Shown: piece by piece, positions 50,079 through 62,101 of the stretch
Layout: every line of letters starts with the position of its first letter
Position numbering within the stretch: the first letter of the stretch is position 1
Source of the DNA: Neovahlkampfia damariscottae
Taxonomy: Eukaryota
DNA: 64,000 nt
Assembly (NCBI GenBank): GCA_016618085.1
Contig: JABLTG010000010.1
Coordinates: 124,001 to 188,000, forward strand
Direction: 5' to 3'
Position numbers and translations under genes: made by a program
Notes under the pieces: model-generated
What the model was told of the DNA's origin: nothing
Databases searched by the model: none
The model's input: only the letters and a program-made list of their open reading frames with translations

Positions 50079-50702
50079 TCAATATTTTGTGATGGTAATA
50101 CTTTCATCATTGATAATTCTATAGCATCTATCAGGTGAGTAGAATTTTCTGTCAGTTGCAGGAAGACCACATTCTTTTTCTTTGTATGAAATGAATTCAG
50201 CTGTTTTTCTTGTAGTGTGCCAAAATATCTTTCTTGAACCCCAAGCTCTTCCATCAACACATGTTTCATTAAAATAAATCATTGAACCAGCCAATGGAAT
50301 TTTACAATCTCTTTCTTTGTAGAGATTATAAATAAAACCAGATGGACCAAGTCTTGGTTTTCCTACAAATGTTTCTACTGATAATCTTCCATTACTTAAT
50401 GTTCTGCATCCAATCTTTGTTGCAAATCCAGATTTACATTTTGAACACTTTTTGTTGCAATTGAATTTGGTAATTGCATGAGTTGAATTTCTTGTGATAA
50501 TCGAATAATCACCTGAGTGAGAATTGAGTATGCACTTTTTCAATTCTGTCTTTTTGAATTTTAAGTAATTTTTTTTTTAGAATACTGTTGGTACTGCTAA
50601 TGGTGGTTTTGTTCCACATTTTGGATCATTATGTGTTATTTCATAAAAATATTCTGCTTTTATCATGAAACAAAAAACTAAAATAAAAACAACAAGTTTC
50701 AT
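50079..50702 (-). CDS. Secreted cysteine-rich hypothetical protein
   Basis: Signal peptide MKLVVFILVFCFMIKA; one intron at ~50550-50585; repeated Cys-containing units. Confidence 0.6.
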
Positions 50703-50864
50703 TGTAGAAAAAATGTCAAAGAAACTTTTAATTGGTTCTTCTGAAGAACCATAATTAAAAATTTTTTGGAAAAAAAAATTAATTTGAAAGTATATCAAGC
50801 TGTCAAAAGTCGACTGAAATATTGAAACTTTAAAAATTCATCAACATAGAAAAATAAGAAATTT

Positions 50865-52605
50865 TTATAATTTCGCTAAATGTTCAAGAGTTTTAGCAGC
50901 GAGTGCATAACTTTTTGGGACACTGGAAATTAAAATTGTTTCATCAGGTGAATGTGGTCCTTGAATTTCACTTCCAATTGAAATCATTTGCATCTTTGGG
51001 AATTTAGATCCAACTATTAAAAAATAAAAAAAAAAAAATAAAAAACATACTGACACCAGTTTCTAAACCGGCATGAATTGCAGCAACTCTAACATCTTTA
51101 TCAAATAATTCTTTATAAGCTTTTTGAGCAAGTTTCAAAAGTTTTGCATCAAGGTCTGGTTTCCAACCTTAAAAAAAAAGAAAATGTTAAATTATTTTTT
51201 TTTCAAACCTGGATAAGCTCCTTCTGTTTTTGTAACACCACCAGCTAAATCAATGAGATTTGTAACTGTTGTAACTGTATTGTTTTGAGCTGATTCAACT
51301 GAACTTCTAATTGAAGTCGCAATATTAATTTTTCCATCTTTAACTTTGATTACTGCAAGATTTAAACTTGTTTCAACTAAATCTGGTAAATCTGGACTCA
51401 TTTGAACAACACCTGTTGGGTATACTTGTAAAACGTTTTTGAGTTTAACTGCATCTTGTTGTGAAAAAACAGTAGTTGCTTTGTCATCAAGTCTTTCAAT
51501 TTTGTATGACATTGAAGGTTCAGGAGTTTTATATTCTGCTTTAATATCTTTCATAATCTTTTCAATTCTTTCTTTAAGTCTAATTTCCATTCTTGGATCC
51601 ATAGAGATGACAAGAATTGCTTCTCTTGGGATTGCATTTGATTTTGAACCTGAATCAATTGATACAACTCTAAACCATTCATTTTGATTTCCTTTTGTGA
51701 TATAACTCCAAACTCTTGCCAAAATTTTAATAGCATTTGCTCTATTGTGAATATAAATTTTTGAATTTTTTTTTCAAACCTGTTTTTGTTTATATCAACA
51801 CCAGAATGACCACCAAGCATATTTTCAACTTTAATTGAATATTTTTTATGGAAAGATGGAGCTTGTTCATATTTTGGAGTTAAAGTTGAAACAACATCAA
51901 CACCTCCAGCTGAACCAATTGTAATTTCACCTTCAATTACTGAATCAATATTGATCAAGAAATTTCCTGATAAGAAATCAGGTTTAAGAGCAAAAGCACC
52001 AACTAAACCAATTTCTTCTCCAACTGTGAAAAGAAGTTCTAATGGACCATGTGTAACTTTTGGATCAATAGCCAAGAGTAATGCATGAGACATTCCTGAT
52101 AATTTAATTAAAAAAAAACTTTTTTTTTACCTAATCCATCATCAGCACCAAGTGTAGTCTTATTTGCTACAATCCATTTCTTTGAAGCGTCTCTTAAAAG
52201 TTGAATTGGATCTTTATCAAAATCATGATCTGAACCGGAGTTTTTTTCACAAACCATATCCATGTGTGTTTGAATAACAACAATTGGTTTTGATTCATAA
52301 CCTCTAGTTGCTGGTACTTTGAGTACAATATTACCTGCTTCATCTACTTTGTATGGAAAATTGAATTTTTTTGCATAATCAATAACAACTTTTTCTCTAA
52401 CTGCTCTTTCTTTATTTGAACATCTTGGAATACAAGAAATTTGATAAAAATAATCCTATAAAGAAAATTATCGTTAAAAAGATAAAAGACTCACCCATAA
52501 CTGTTTTGGTTCTAATCCTTCAATTGCTCCGCGACTAGCTGAACATTTTCTGGAGGAAATTAATCCGATGCAAAACAACAAACACACAAAAAGTAAAAAT
52601 CTCAT
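50865..52605 (-). CDS. pepD: Aminoacyl-histidine dipeptidase (M20, PepD type) with signal peptide
   Basis: IQTHMDMVCEK, TTLGADDG, TVGEEIG, GGHSG, VETSLNL, YPGWKP, IHAGLETG, GPHSPDE; six introns. Confidence 0.92.
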
Positions 52606-52647
52606 TGTCCAATGAAAAATATTGGAATGCTCCAATAAAAAATTTAT

Positions 52648-53272
52648 TTAAAAATCATTTTCGAACATTTTTGATCCTTCAGGTGTATCAAATTTTTGTT
52701 TATTATATTTTGCATTTTTCTTTTTGTTATAAGGTGTGATCACGTTTTCTGAAGCAGTGAAATAAATCAATTGACCTAATTTTTTTGAATTTAGAATTGA
52801 ATAATTATTTTACCAATTGGCATTCCTGCATAAACTCTAACTTTTTTGATCACTGAAATTTCTAATGTCCAAGTTCCTTGAAATCCAATATCACCTTTAC
52901 CAGCTGTTGCATGAATGGAAATTCCAAGACGTCCTGTTGATGATTTTCCTTCTAAAAAAGGTACGCATTTGTGTGTTTCTGTGTATTCTAAAATTTTAAA
53001 GAAATTTGTTAAATTTTTTTTTCCTAACCTTGTGTACAACCAAGATAAAGTTCACCAGGTTGAAGAACATATCCTTCTGTTGGTATTTCAAAATATTTTA
53101 CAGGATTTGACTTTTTAGCATCAATCGTTTCGTCTTCATAAACTCCAAGAACTTTTGAAAGACAAACATCATACGAATTTGTTCCAAGTCTTTCTCTGTT
53201 GAAAGGTTCAATGATTATTGTTTTATCTTCTACGCCTTTAAGAATTTCAGCATCTGTTAAAATCGAAGTCAT
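52648..53272 (-). CDS. dcd: dCTP deaminase
   Basis: ILTDAEI, NSYDV, EGKSSTGRLG, HATAGKGDIGF, WTLEI, GMPIG|QLIYF; two introns. Confidence 0.92.
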
Positions 53273-53574
53273 GGTGATGTTGTTGGTAAAAAAACCGCCA
53301 AAAAAATCTATTAGCTCATTGGTTGAAGTAGACAAATGAAAACCGTTTTTTTTTTTGTTTGTGAAGTTTGCAAAAGTTGCTGATAACGTGGACCCAAAAT
53401 AGAGCTTTCTTTGGCTAAAGATGTTCAAAAGAATATTCTGCTATTTTGCTACTTTCAAAAAAAAAAAATGAAGCAAAAAGAGAAATTTAGATCTTTCCAA
53501 TCCACTGAACGATCTGGGATCAAAAATCTACCAATCCTTTGAATTTCTAAATATAGAAATAGATCATCAATTTC

Positions 53575-53581
53575 TATATAA
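53575..53581 (+). promoter_or_regulatory. Candidate TATA box
   Basis: TATATAA about 35 nt upstream of ATG 53616, with CCAAT at 53531. Confidence 0.4.
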
Positions 53582-53615
53582 GGGACTGCAGATGATTTAG
53601 ATCTATTGTTTCAAA

Positions 53616-54080
53616 ATGAGATTTTTGGAGTTATTAATCTTGTTTTCGATATTATTTGCAGTGATCAGTCAACAAAGAGGGTTTGAAGAAGAAGGAGGAC
53701 TTGGGGACGAAAATGAAAGAAGATATGTAGAAGATCAAACAGGAGATGAAGAAGATGATGAATCATATGGATCAACAGAAAAAAGTACTGGAAATGTCTA
53801 TGGAAAACATGAAAAAAAAGGAAAATACTCCAGATGCAAAGTTTCAAAAATTCGGTCGAAGAGGCGTGGATGGAGGTACTGTAAAAATGGAAAAAAATAT
53901 AAATACATCAAATTTTGCTCCGGTCGATGTCGCCATGGATCAAGATGTAAAGCAAGGAAGTATCGTACAAGGTGCATTTACAAGAGAAGGAGAAGAAAAG
54001 GGAAAAATACTGTAGTCGTTTATCGAAGAATCAAAGAACCTGTTGGTTGTGTATGTAGACAAAAATGCAAGCCTTGTTAA
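53616..54080 (+). CDS. Secreted prepro-protein with a basic cystine-knot-like domain
   Basis: Signal peptide, acidic pro-region, 10-Cys basic domain with CSGRC and CVC; intronless. Confidence 0.75.
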   Translation: MRFLELLILFSILFAVISQQRGFEEEGGLGDENERRYVEDQTGDEEDDESYGSTEKSTGNVYGKHEKKGKYSRCKVSKIRSKRRGWRYCKNGKKYKYIKFCSGRCRHGSRCKARKYRTRCIYKRRRRKGKNTVVVYRRIKEPVGCVCRQKCKPC

Positions 54081-54186
54081 TAAAATCTGATTTTCATCTC
54101 AAGAAGTGTGTTTTCCATGTGATACTAAAATCAAAGGGAATAAACAGTATTCTGATAACAGTTTATTAAAATCAAAAGATCATTCA

Positions 54187-57100
54187 TTATTCCTCTTTTT
54201 CTTTTAAGTTTGAAAAGATATAATAAAAAAATAATCCAAACAAAAACAATGAAAATGCAGTCACTAGTGATATCAAATTTGAATTTAAGTAAAGCTCTTG
54301 ATGAAAAAATCTTCCAAAAATATTCATTAAATATCTTCCGACCACAAAAAACACCATGGATTCCATTGATTTGCTAAATAATTGACTATATCCAAGCAAT
54401 GCAATAAAAGCATATATTATAGATTGAAAAGCCCAACTGATGTAATTTTGATCATTAAAATATACAACACTTGAAAATAATATGAACATTATCCCTAATA
54501 GTTTTTTTGATCTCCAACAATCCGTCATCCAGTTAACTGAGCAGCAAAGCAACATCAATTTTATTGTATCTTTAGATAGAGAATGTAGATTTGTGAACAC
54601 GTTTTTTGCCATCGGATAAATACTAATAATATCTGAATAACGAGATGATTCAAATGGAATGTTTGGGAAAACATATTCCAACATGGTATCCACTCCATTG
54701 GTTAGTATTCCAAATGATAATCCTAGAAATAAATGTTTCAGCGTTGATTTTTGTGTTTTATAATTGGTGGATAAAAAACTGAAATACAATCCAAACAATC
54801 CACTGGACAAAATTATGTTCAAAAGTTGTGTTGCAATAATTTGAATTAATTGATGTTTAAAAGGTTCAGTTTCTGAGAAATTGAATATGATTTCAAAATA
54901 TGAGTTCAACTGATTAATACAGCTGAAAACAGTATGAGTTGTAAAAATGATAAAAAATGGAACTTTGAATTTCTTGAAATTGAAGAAATACAATGGAACA
55001 ATGATCATTCCATAGAAATAAGTCGAGTATATTTGTGAACATAGACCTGAGAATATTTTGAAAAATTGTTTTTTTTTTCTTTGAGATCTCTTCCAAGTTT
55101 CTGAAATGTGAATATAATCAATGAAATCAACAATTTTATCACCTGAAATTTGGACATATTTTCGAACAGAATTATTCTGTAAAAATGATATATTAGTACC
55201 AAAGGTGAATTCCCAATCAATTCTATTTGGTAATTTGGTTGATGAAACTGAAATTTGATTCATGTTTGAAATATCAATATTTTGTTGTATGATTTGTTGA
55301 GCTTCTTCTTTTGACATACTTTTCATTGAAATTTCTTCGGGTATATAATGAGTTTCTCTTTGTATACTTCCATCCCTGTTGATATAAACAATGAAATTCT
55401 GTGCTCTTTCGACTACATCTTCAGATTCAAAATTTGAGAATTTGACTGCCACAGAAGGATGACTCAAATTTGGAATGCTATAAAGTTTTGAATAATTCTT
55501 CAATCCATATTTTTCAATGATGTAATTGTCACCATTTCCAACTTCGTTTTCTACTGACATTGATATGAAATAATTTGAAAAATTCAATTGTTTTTGTTGG
55601 TATCTTTCAATAGCAATTTTCACTATTTTTTCGGAATCAATAACGAAGTTTGGTATTAATTTTTGATTTGTTGTGTTGAAGAGGTAAAATAATGAAATTC
55701 CAACTGCTATCCAAGCAAAGTGAAGAATTGAAAAATTCACTGTTTTCGAACTTTGTTTTGGAAATCCCTGAGATGATTCTGAATTCATTTCCATCGAAAA
55801 ATTCTTTAATTCATCAATTATAACGACCTTTTCTTTCAATATGTTCATGAACAAATGAAATAATAATGGTGAAGCTGCTGCAATAAATATGAAAATTTTT
55901 TGAATTTGGTATTCTGATACCATAATTGGAATTGAAAACCAGAATAAATCGTAAAGAAAATGAACATAAATAGGTGCTATCAACCCATATTTCAAAAATA
56001 AAAGTCCAAAAATCATTGATGGAATGATTAATTCGACCAATCTGGCGTATGCAGGTTTTGAAGGGTAATTGGCATGGGCAGCACTAAAAATTAAAGTCTG
56101 CACTATTAACCCCAAAAAGATGATTTTATGTTTATGATTTTGGTATTTTTTTGCAAAAATATTGAAAAATGAAATCGGAATTGCTCTAAATAAAACTGTA
56201 AAAAAATGTTAAAACTCCTTGATGTTAAAAATTACATTCTTCTGATATTGCTGCCTCCAGAGATGATACAATTGATGAATAAGCAGGTAAATAATGTGAA
56301 AGTGCATTTTTATCTTCATTCATCGAAGAAGGTGTCCACCAATGAAAGTAATTAGTTCCGATCATATACAGCAGTATGGAATGTGAAAAAAACAAAATTA
56401 AGCAGAAGATTGAGACAAAAAACTCTTCAATATACAAATGAGATCTGATTGTTTCCGTAAATTTCCACAATTGAAAATGATTTTCAAATGATTTCCTGAA
56501 TAAACTTTCTGCAACGACAAACAGCAAGAAATAATAACCTACATTTTGAAAAAATGATAATATGTGTGAAATTAATTCTTGTAAAATAAATATACTCACA
56601 TCCAATTCGGTTTTATATCTCATCCATATTAAAGGCCATGTATTTAAAGATTGCAAAAATATCAAAAAACTGAATAGAGATGCATACCAAAATGAATTGA
56701 AAAAGGTGAAACTTTTTCGATTCAAAATGAATAAAACACTACCCAACATCATAGAAATATAATACAATCCAATTATAAAATAATAAGCAATGGATGAAAT
56801 CATCTCATTATCAGAATGTAATTCTGCGTATTTCAAAGAGAAGGATTCAGGAATTTCAACATAATTGATAAGATTAGTAAAATTGACACCCTTTAAAACC
56901 ATTTTGATCCTATAACTTGAATCATGATCAATAGAGACATTTCTCATTGAATAAACAAATTCATGATCTATTCTGCCATTATTTTGTTCTTCTTCACTAT
57001 GTTCTATCAATTCATGAGTTTCATTCAACGATATATTCCAAGGACTTTGTTTTAATAAATCTTCTAAAAATGAAATTCCTTCTTTTTTGTTCATATTTTT

Positions 57101-57528
57101 CTTGTTAAAAAAATAGTCTTCAGATAAAACCTTCACATTGTTAAATGAAAAAATATTACTTGCTCAAAACCATATAGTTCTCCTTTTGAAGTGAAAATAA
57201 AATAAATCTCGCAGATTTCTTGTTCTTTAAAACTTCTACTGATCCATTGAAATGGAAAATAAGGTTTTTCTAAAATTGAGATCAACTTTTTGTATCCAAA
57301 TTTGAAGTCAACATAATGAATAAAATTGGAATCCATTCTAAAACTTGCAGCTATGCTTGAAGAATTTGAACAAGAAAATTTTTTTGTTAACTCTTTTGTT
57401 TGTGAAATGACATCTTCTCTTTGCATTGTTATTTTTGAGTGTATTATTGGAAAAGCTTTTTCATAATTTTTTTTTATAAAAAGAAAACAAAAAATCATCA
57501 CAACAACAAAGATAAGTTGTTTCTTCAT
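54187..57528 (-). CDS. Large polytopic membrane protein with CPBP/Abi (CAAX-type) intramembrane metalloprotease domain
   Basis: EE|xLFR, FSAAHANYP, ARLVEL, HFLYD motifs; three ORFs joined by introns at ~57133-57159 and ~56196-56236. Confidence 0.8.
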
Positions 57529-57732
57529 GTTTTATTCGACCAATCAAAAAGCAAAACGGATTAATATTAATGATTGTGTTAAAAATAACACAATTTCCTT
57601 CAATCAATGAGTTATTGTTTAATTTATTATTATTAAAATTATTACAGGATGTGAACTCGTTTTTCTTCTGCAAAACTTGGCCATTTGGATCATATATTGA
57701 AAAATTATACAATAAAATGAAGAAAAAACATT

Positions 57733-58716
57733 TTATTCAGCTATTTTGCATTCAACTTTGCCAACATTATGTTCAAATGTGACATCTTTCAATGAAATAT
57801 GACTTGATGAATCACATTTGAAAATGTAATTTGATTTGTTTCCCATAATTTTACTTTTTCTATATTCCACAGAAGCTCCTATCATTTCAACAATAGGTTT
57901 ATTTGATTTATTCCCAATCACATTCATATTATTTGCAATCATTTTTCCTTTGTTGAAAGTAATTGAATCCTTGTTGTTGTAAAAAGTTGAATTCGAAATA
58001 ATTCCATTGGTACTATCAAAATGTATTCCATTTCCTTGTACAAATACATTTGAAATGGAAAGATCAGAAATTTGGTTAAATTTCATCGGTTGAAGCCCAT
58101 CAAAAATGAAAATTTTGTTCATTTTTACGTGTTTGAAGAAACCAGTTTGTGGACCTGATGAATTTCTGAAATATACCGAATTCATGAATAATTTAGATTT
58201 AGAGTATATTTCTGGGTATATTGATGTAAGTCCATGATAATTTTCTATTTCAACGTTTGAAATGTGAACAAAAGAATTTTTTTCAAGTTGTAATTCCATC
58301 GCTCCAACCTCACAATTGCCACATCTAAGGAGACAGTTGATAGCAGTGAAATTTGAAAGACTTCTTGTCCAAAACGCATGTGTTTTTCCAGAATCTATAA
58401 CTACGTTTTTAACCAAAAAGCTTCTGGTGCGGAATCCTGTCATCACAAATCTACCTTTTATAAGAGGTCTGGATTCTCCTGATATTCCTTCAACAATCAT
58501 AGTTTTTTCATAAAAATTATTTTTTAATTCATATGTTCCTTCTTTTAACATGATTGTGTCACCATGAACCATCGCACTGTAAGCTTTATCAAAGGTTTTG
58601 AAAGGACTTTCTTTTCTTCCATATCCAGTGTCATCATTTCCATTTCTTTCAGAAACATACCAAAGATTTGAACATACCGCAACTGCAATGAATGAGAGTA
58701 ATACAATTCCTTTCAT
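57733..58716 (-). CDS. Secreted right-handed beta-helix (DUF1565/pectin-lyase-like) protein
   Basis: Signal peptide; WYVSERNGNDDTGYGRKESPFKT...GDTIMLKEGTY; N-rich repeats. Confidence 0.75.
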   Translation of the reverse strand: MKGIVLLSFIAVAVCSNLWYVSERNGNDDTGYGRKESPFKTFDKAYSAMVHGDTIMLKEGTYELKNNFYEKTMIVEGISGESRPLIKGRFVMTGFRTRSFLVKNVVIDSGKTHAFWTRSLSNFTAINCLLRCGNCEVGAMELQLEKNSFVHISNVEIENYHGLTSIYPEIYSKSKLFMNSVYFRNSSGPQTGFFKHVKMNKIFIFDGLQPMKFNQISDLSISNVFVQGNGIHFDSTNGIISNSTFYNNKDSITFNKGKMIANNMNVIGNKSNKPIVEMIGASVEYRKSKIMGNKSNYIFKCDSSSHISLKDVTFEHNVGKVECKIAE

Positions 58717-59028
58717 GTTTTCAATACTTTTCTGATTTGAATAGTTAACCAATCAAACAAAGTTTATAAATTGATTTATCCAATTGAAAGGCTTCTAATT
58801 TCTTCATCCCCACAATTGAATCAAAAATGAAAAAATAGGTGATTTTTCTTTAGGACAGTTGATGATGTAAAATTTATTTTTCCTTTTTTTGGGTTTATAG
58901 TAATAATAATTATATCTAATAATAAAATAATTATTTTTTGCTTACATTACAATGTGAGCAATAATTCATGTTCATGATCCAAATTCTTCATGTTTATTTG
59001 ACCAATCAAATTGGAAAAAAAAACCAAC

Positions 59029-62000
59029 ATGGAAAACTTGTATCAAATCGATGTGGTAAAAGTAACAGAATTACCTTCAATCAATGGAGTATGTGATACA
59101 TATTGTAAAATTTCAGGTTTGAAAACTTTTGCTTCTGATTTTCTCAAAAGTTGGTTTGGAATTTAAAAAAACAAAAATTATCAAAAAATCTTTAAACCCA
59201 AAATTTAAAGAAGAATTTGATTTTAAAATTAATAAATCAGAAAAGAAAATCAATTTTCAAATTTTTAAGTAAAAGAACAAAAACTAAAATTTTAGTGAAA
59301 AATCTGATGAATTACTAGATGAAACATCAATTTTACTTGAAGATTTATTTGAAGGATTTTCGACGTATACACTTTATGGTGATAATGCATCCAAATTTCA
59401 TATTGAAATTGTGAAACCATTTCAAATTCCTGAGGAATCTATCACATCTTTGAAGAAAATAGAAATAGCATATCAATCAATACCTATTGGAAGTTTAATC
59501 GATAAAGGTTCTTTGGATATAATTTATGATCCTAATTACTTAAATACATCCGTTTTTTGTAACAAAGATGGTGAGTTAATATACTATTTCAATGCAAATG
59601 GAATGTGGGAAAATTATTCATTGGGGAAATGCTCAGGTGATATTTCGGTTGTAAAGCATAAACATGATATTTTTCTCTTTTTTGTAGATCAAAATAATCA
59701 TTTAAATTTCCAAAAAAAAACTCAAGGAAGTTGGATTTCACACAAGAAGAGTTTTGAAAAATACAGAGTCAAAGAAAGAATTTCTGCAATTTTTGAAATT
59801 CAAAGAGATCACCCAGCAGTATTTTTCAAAGATGATAATGGGATTATTCATTATGCTTATTATGAATCTGAATGGAAAGTTGACAACAAATCATTCCAAA
59901 ATTATCCTTGTATCGGAGATTTATCTGCTGTTTATGAAGAAAATAGAAATCATGCTGGGTTGTTTTATCATGGTGAAAATAATAAAATCCATCATTGGTA
60001 CGTTGAAAAAAAGAAATGGATTCATGATACCACATCATTTTCAAAAACAAATATAGGAGGTTGTATTTCAGCAATTTATAATTCCAGTAGATCCCATTCA
60101 GAAATATTTGTTGTATCTGAATACAGTACAGTTATATACTACTCACATAATGTCAATTGGAAAATAGAAGATAATTTATTTGATCAAGAAGTTTATGGAG
60201 ATTTACAAGCCTGCTATAATCCAATATCTGGTTCACCAGAAGTGATATATACATCAAAATTAGGAGGTTTAGAACATTACAGTTTTGATATTGAAAATAA
60301 ATGGAAATCTGTTTCACATTTTGAAAGTAAACCATTTTCACCAATTGGAATCACTTTTTCTGATCACAGAAAATCAATTGAATTTTTTTATATGTCATAT
60401 GATCATAGTGGACATTACTACTATAATAGTGGTTTGCATTACATTCACGAAACAAATTCTTTTTCAGATGGGTTAAGCCAATTAAATTCAACCAGTAAAA
60501 CTCAAGTACAACAACGACGAAAGATGAAAATTAAAATCCAAATCAATTGTGCATATAATCTTCCAAAATCTACAGATGGATCAGAACCTGATTCTGCCTG
60601 TGAAATATCTGGTAAACAAAACTAAAAAATAATTTTTTTCTTCAACAGTTGAAGGACAAACTGACACAACAAAATCCATTTCATCGGATTTAAATCCTGT
60701 TTGGAATGAAACCTTTCAATTTGAAATCAAGAATTTATCATCTCCTCTTTATTTAACAGTTTTTGAGTAAGTCATAAATTTTATTTTTTTACAAAGCAGT
60801 TCAAAATTGATTTCAAAAGATATTGGCTCAATTACAGTAAATCTTGAAGAACTGGATGAAGGTTTAAATAAACTCCTTCTTCAATTACCAGATCAAGGAA
60901 CATTAAGTGCAGACATCAAAACAGAAGGATTTGGAAAAGTCACTGAAAAACCAATCACATCTAATAACAATCAACCAAAATTTATACAACAAAAACATTA
61001 TTCTGGTAAAATTGAACACAATAAAGATGATTATTCAGGAGTCATTGAAGAAACTGAAAAGAAACAAAAAGAATATCAAAGTTCATCAAAGATATTACCA
61101 TTTCTCTTCAGTCATGGATCAGTTGATATTGTTTATGAACCATCAAGAAGTCATATTGCTATTGTTTCAAATGTTAAAGGAAAATTAACTTATTATTTCT
61201 ATGGTGAAGATAATTCCATTGTTAAAGATAATATTAGTTTACCTGAATGTAAAGGTGATATTTCAGTTGTTTGGGAGAAACAAAGAGATCATATTGGTAT
61301 TTTCTATGAAGGAAAAAATGGATTCTTATCCTATAGTTATTGGAATAATGAAAAATGGAATCATTCAAATGAAAACGCATTCATGGAAAGTGGAAAAATT
61401 GGTGGTAGAATTTGTGCTGTTTATGAACCACAAAGAAATCATCCAGCTTGTTTTTTTGTTGGTGATGATGGATCCATTCATTATTGGTATGTGAGAGATG
61501 GAATTTGGAAACATGATTGCAAGAGTTTTGAAGTGAAATGTCATGGAGATTTATCAGTAGTTTATGAAAAACATAAAAACCATTCAGCAATCTTTTATGA
61601 AGGACCTGATAATCAATTGGTTTATTACTACGTTGATAAAGTTTGGAAATATGAAAAAAAAATATTCGAACATCATAAAGTTGGAGGAGCAATTTCTGCA
61701 TTGTACAATGAAAAAAGGAAACATTCTGAGGTTTATTATTCAGGTAGAAATGCCAAATTGAATTATTGGTACAATTTAAATGGTGTTTGGACGGTGGATA
61801 ATTTTTCATTCAAAGAACCTGTTTTAGGTGATTTGAAGGCTATTTATAATCCAAGTACAGAAAGTAGTGAAGTTGTTTATTCAACTGTTTCAGGTGTTAA
61901 CCATTATTTTATTGCTTTGAATGAGTGGAAATCAATGTTGCATGCTTCTTCAAATTCAAAAGGTACCATTTCAGTTTGTTATTCTCCAATAAGAAGGACA

Positions 62001-62093
62001 GTTGAATTTTATTATCTTTCTTCTTCACATATTGGACATTATCACTTTTTTAATGGTTATAACTATCAACATGATGACAAAACGTATAATTAA
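59029..62093 (+). CDS. [C2 + beta-propeller] x2 protein; blades resemble fucose-lectin-type repeats
   Basis: C2 motifs (CDTYCKI, LNPKFKEEF; PDSACEI, LNPVWNETF) each followed by ~45-aa repeats GDLSAVYE..R.H...FY.G......W. Confidence 0.7.
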
Positions 62094-62101
62094 GATCAAA
62101 T

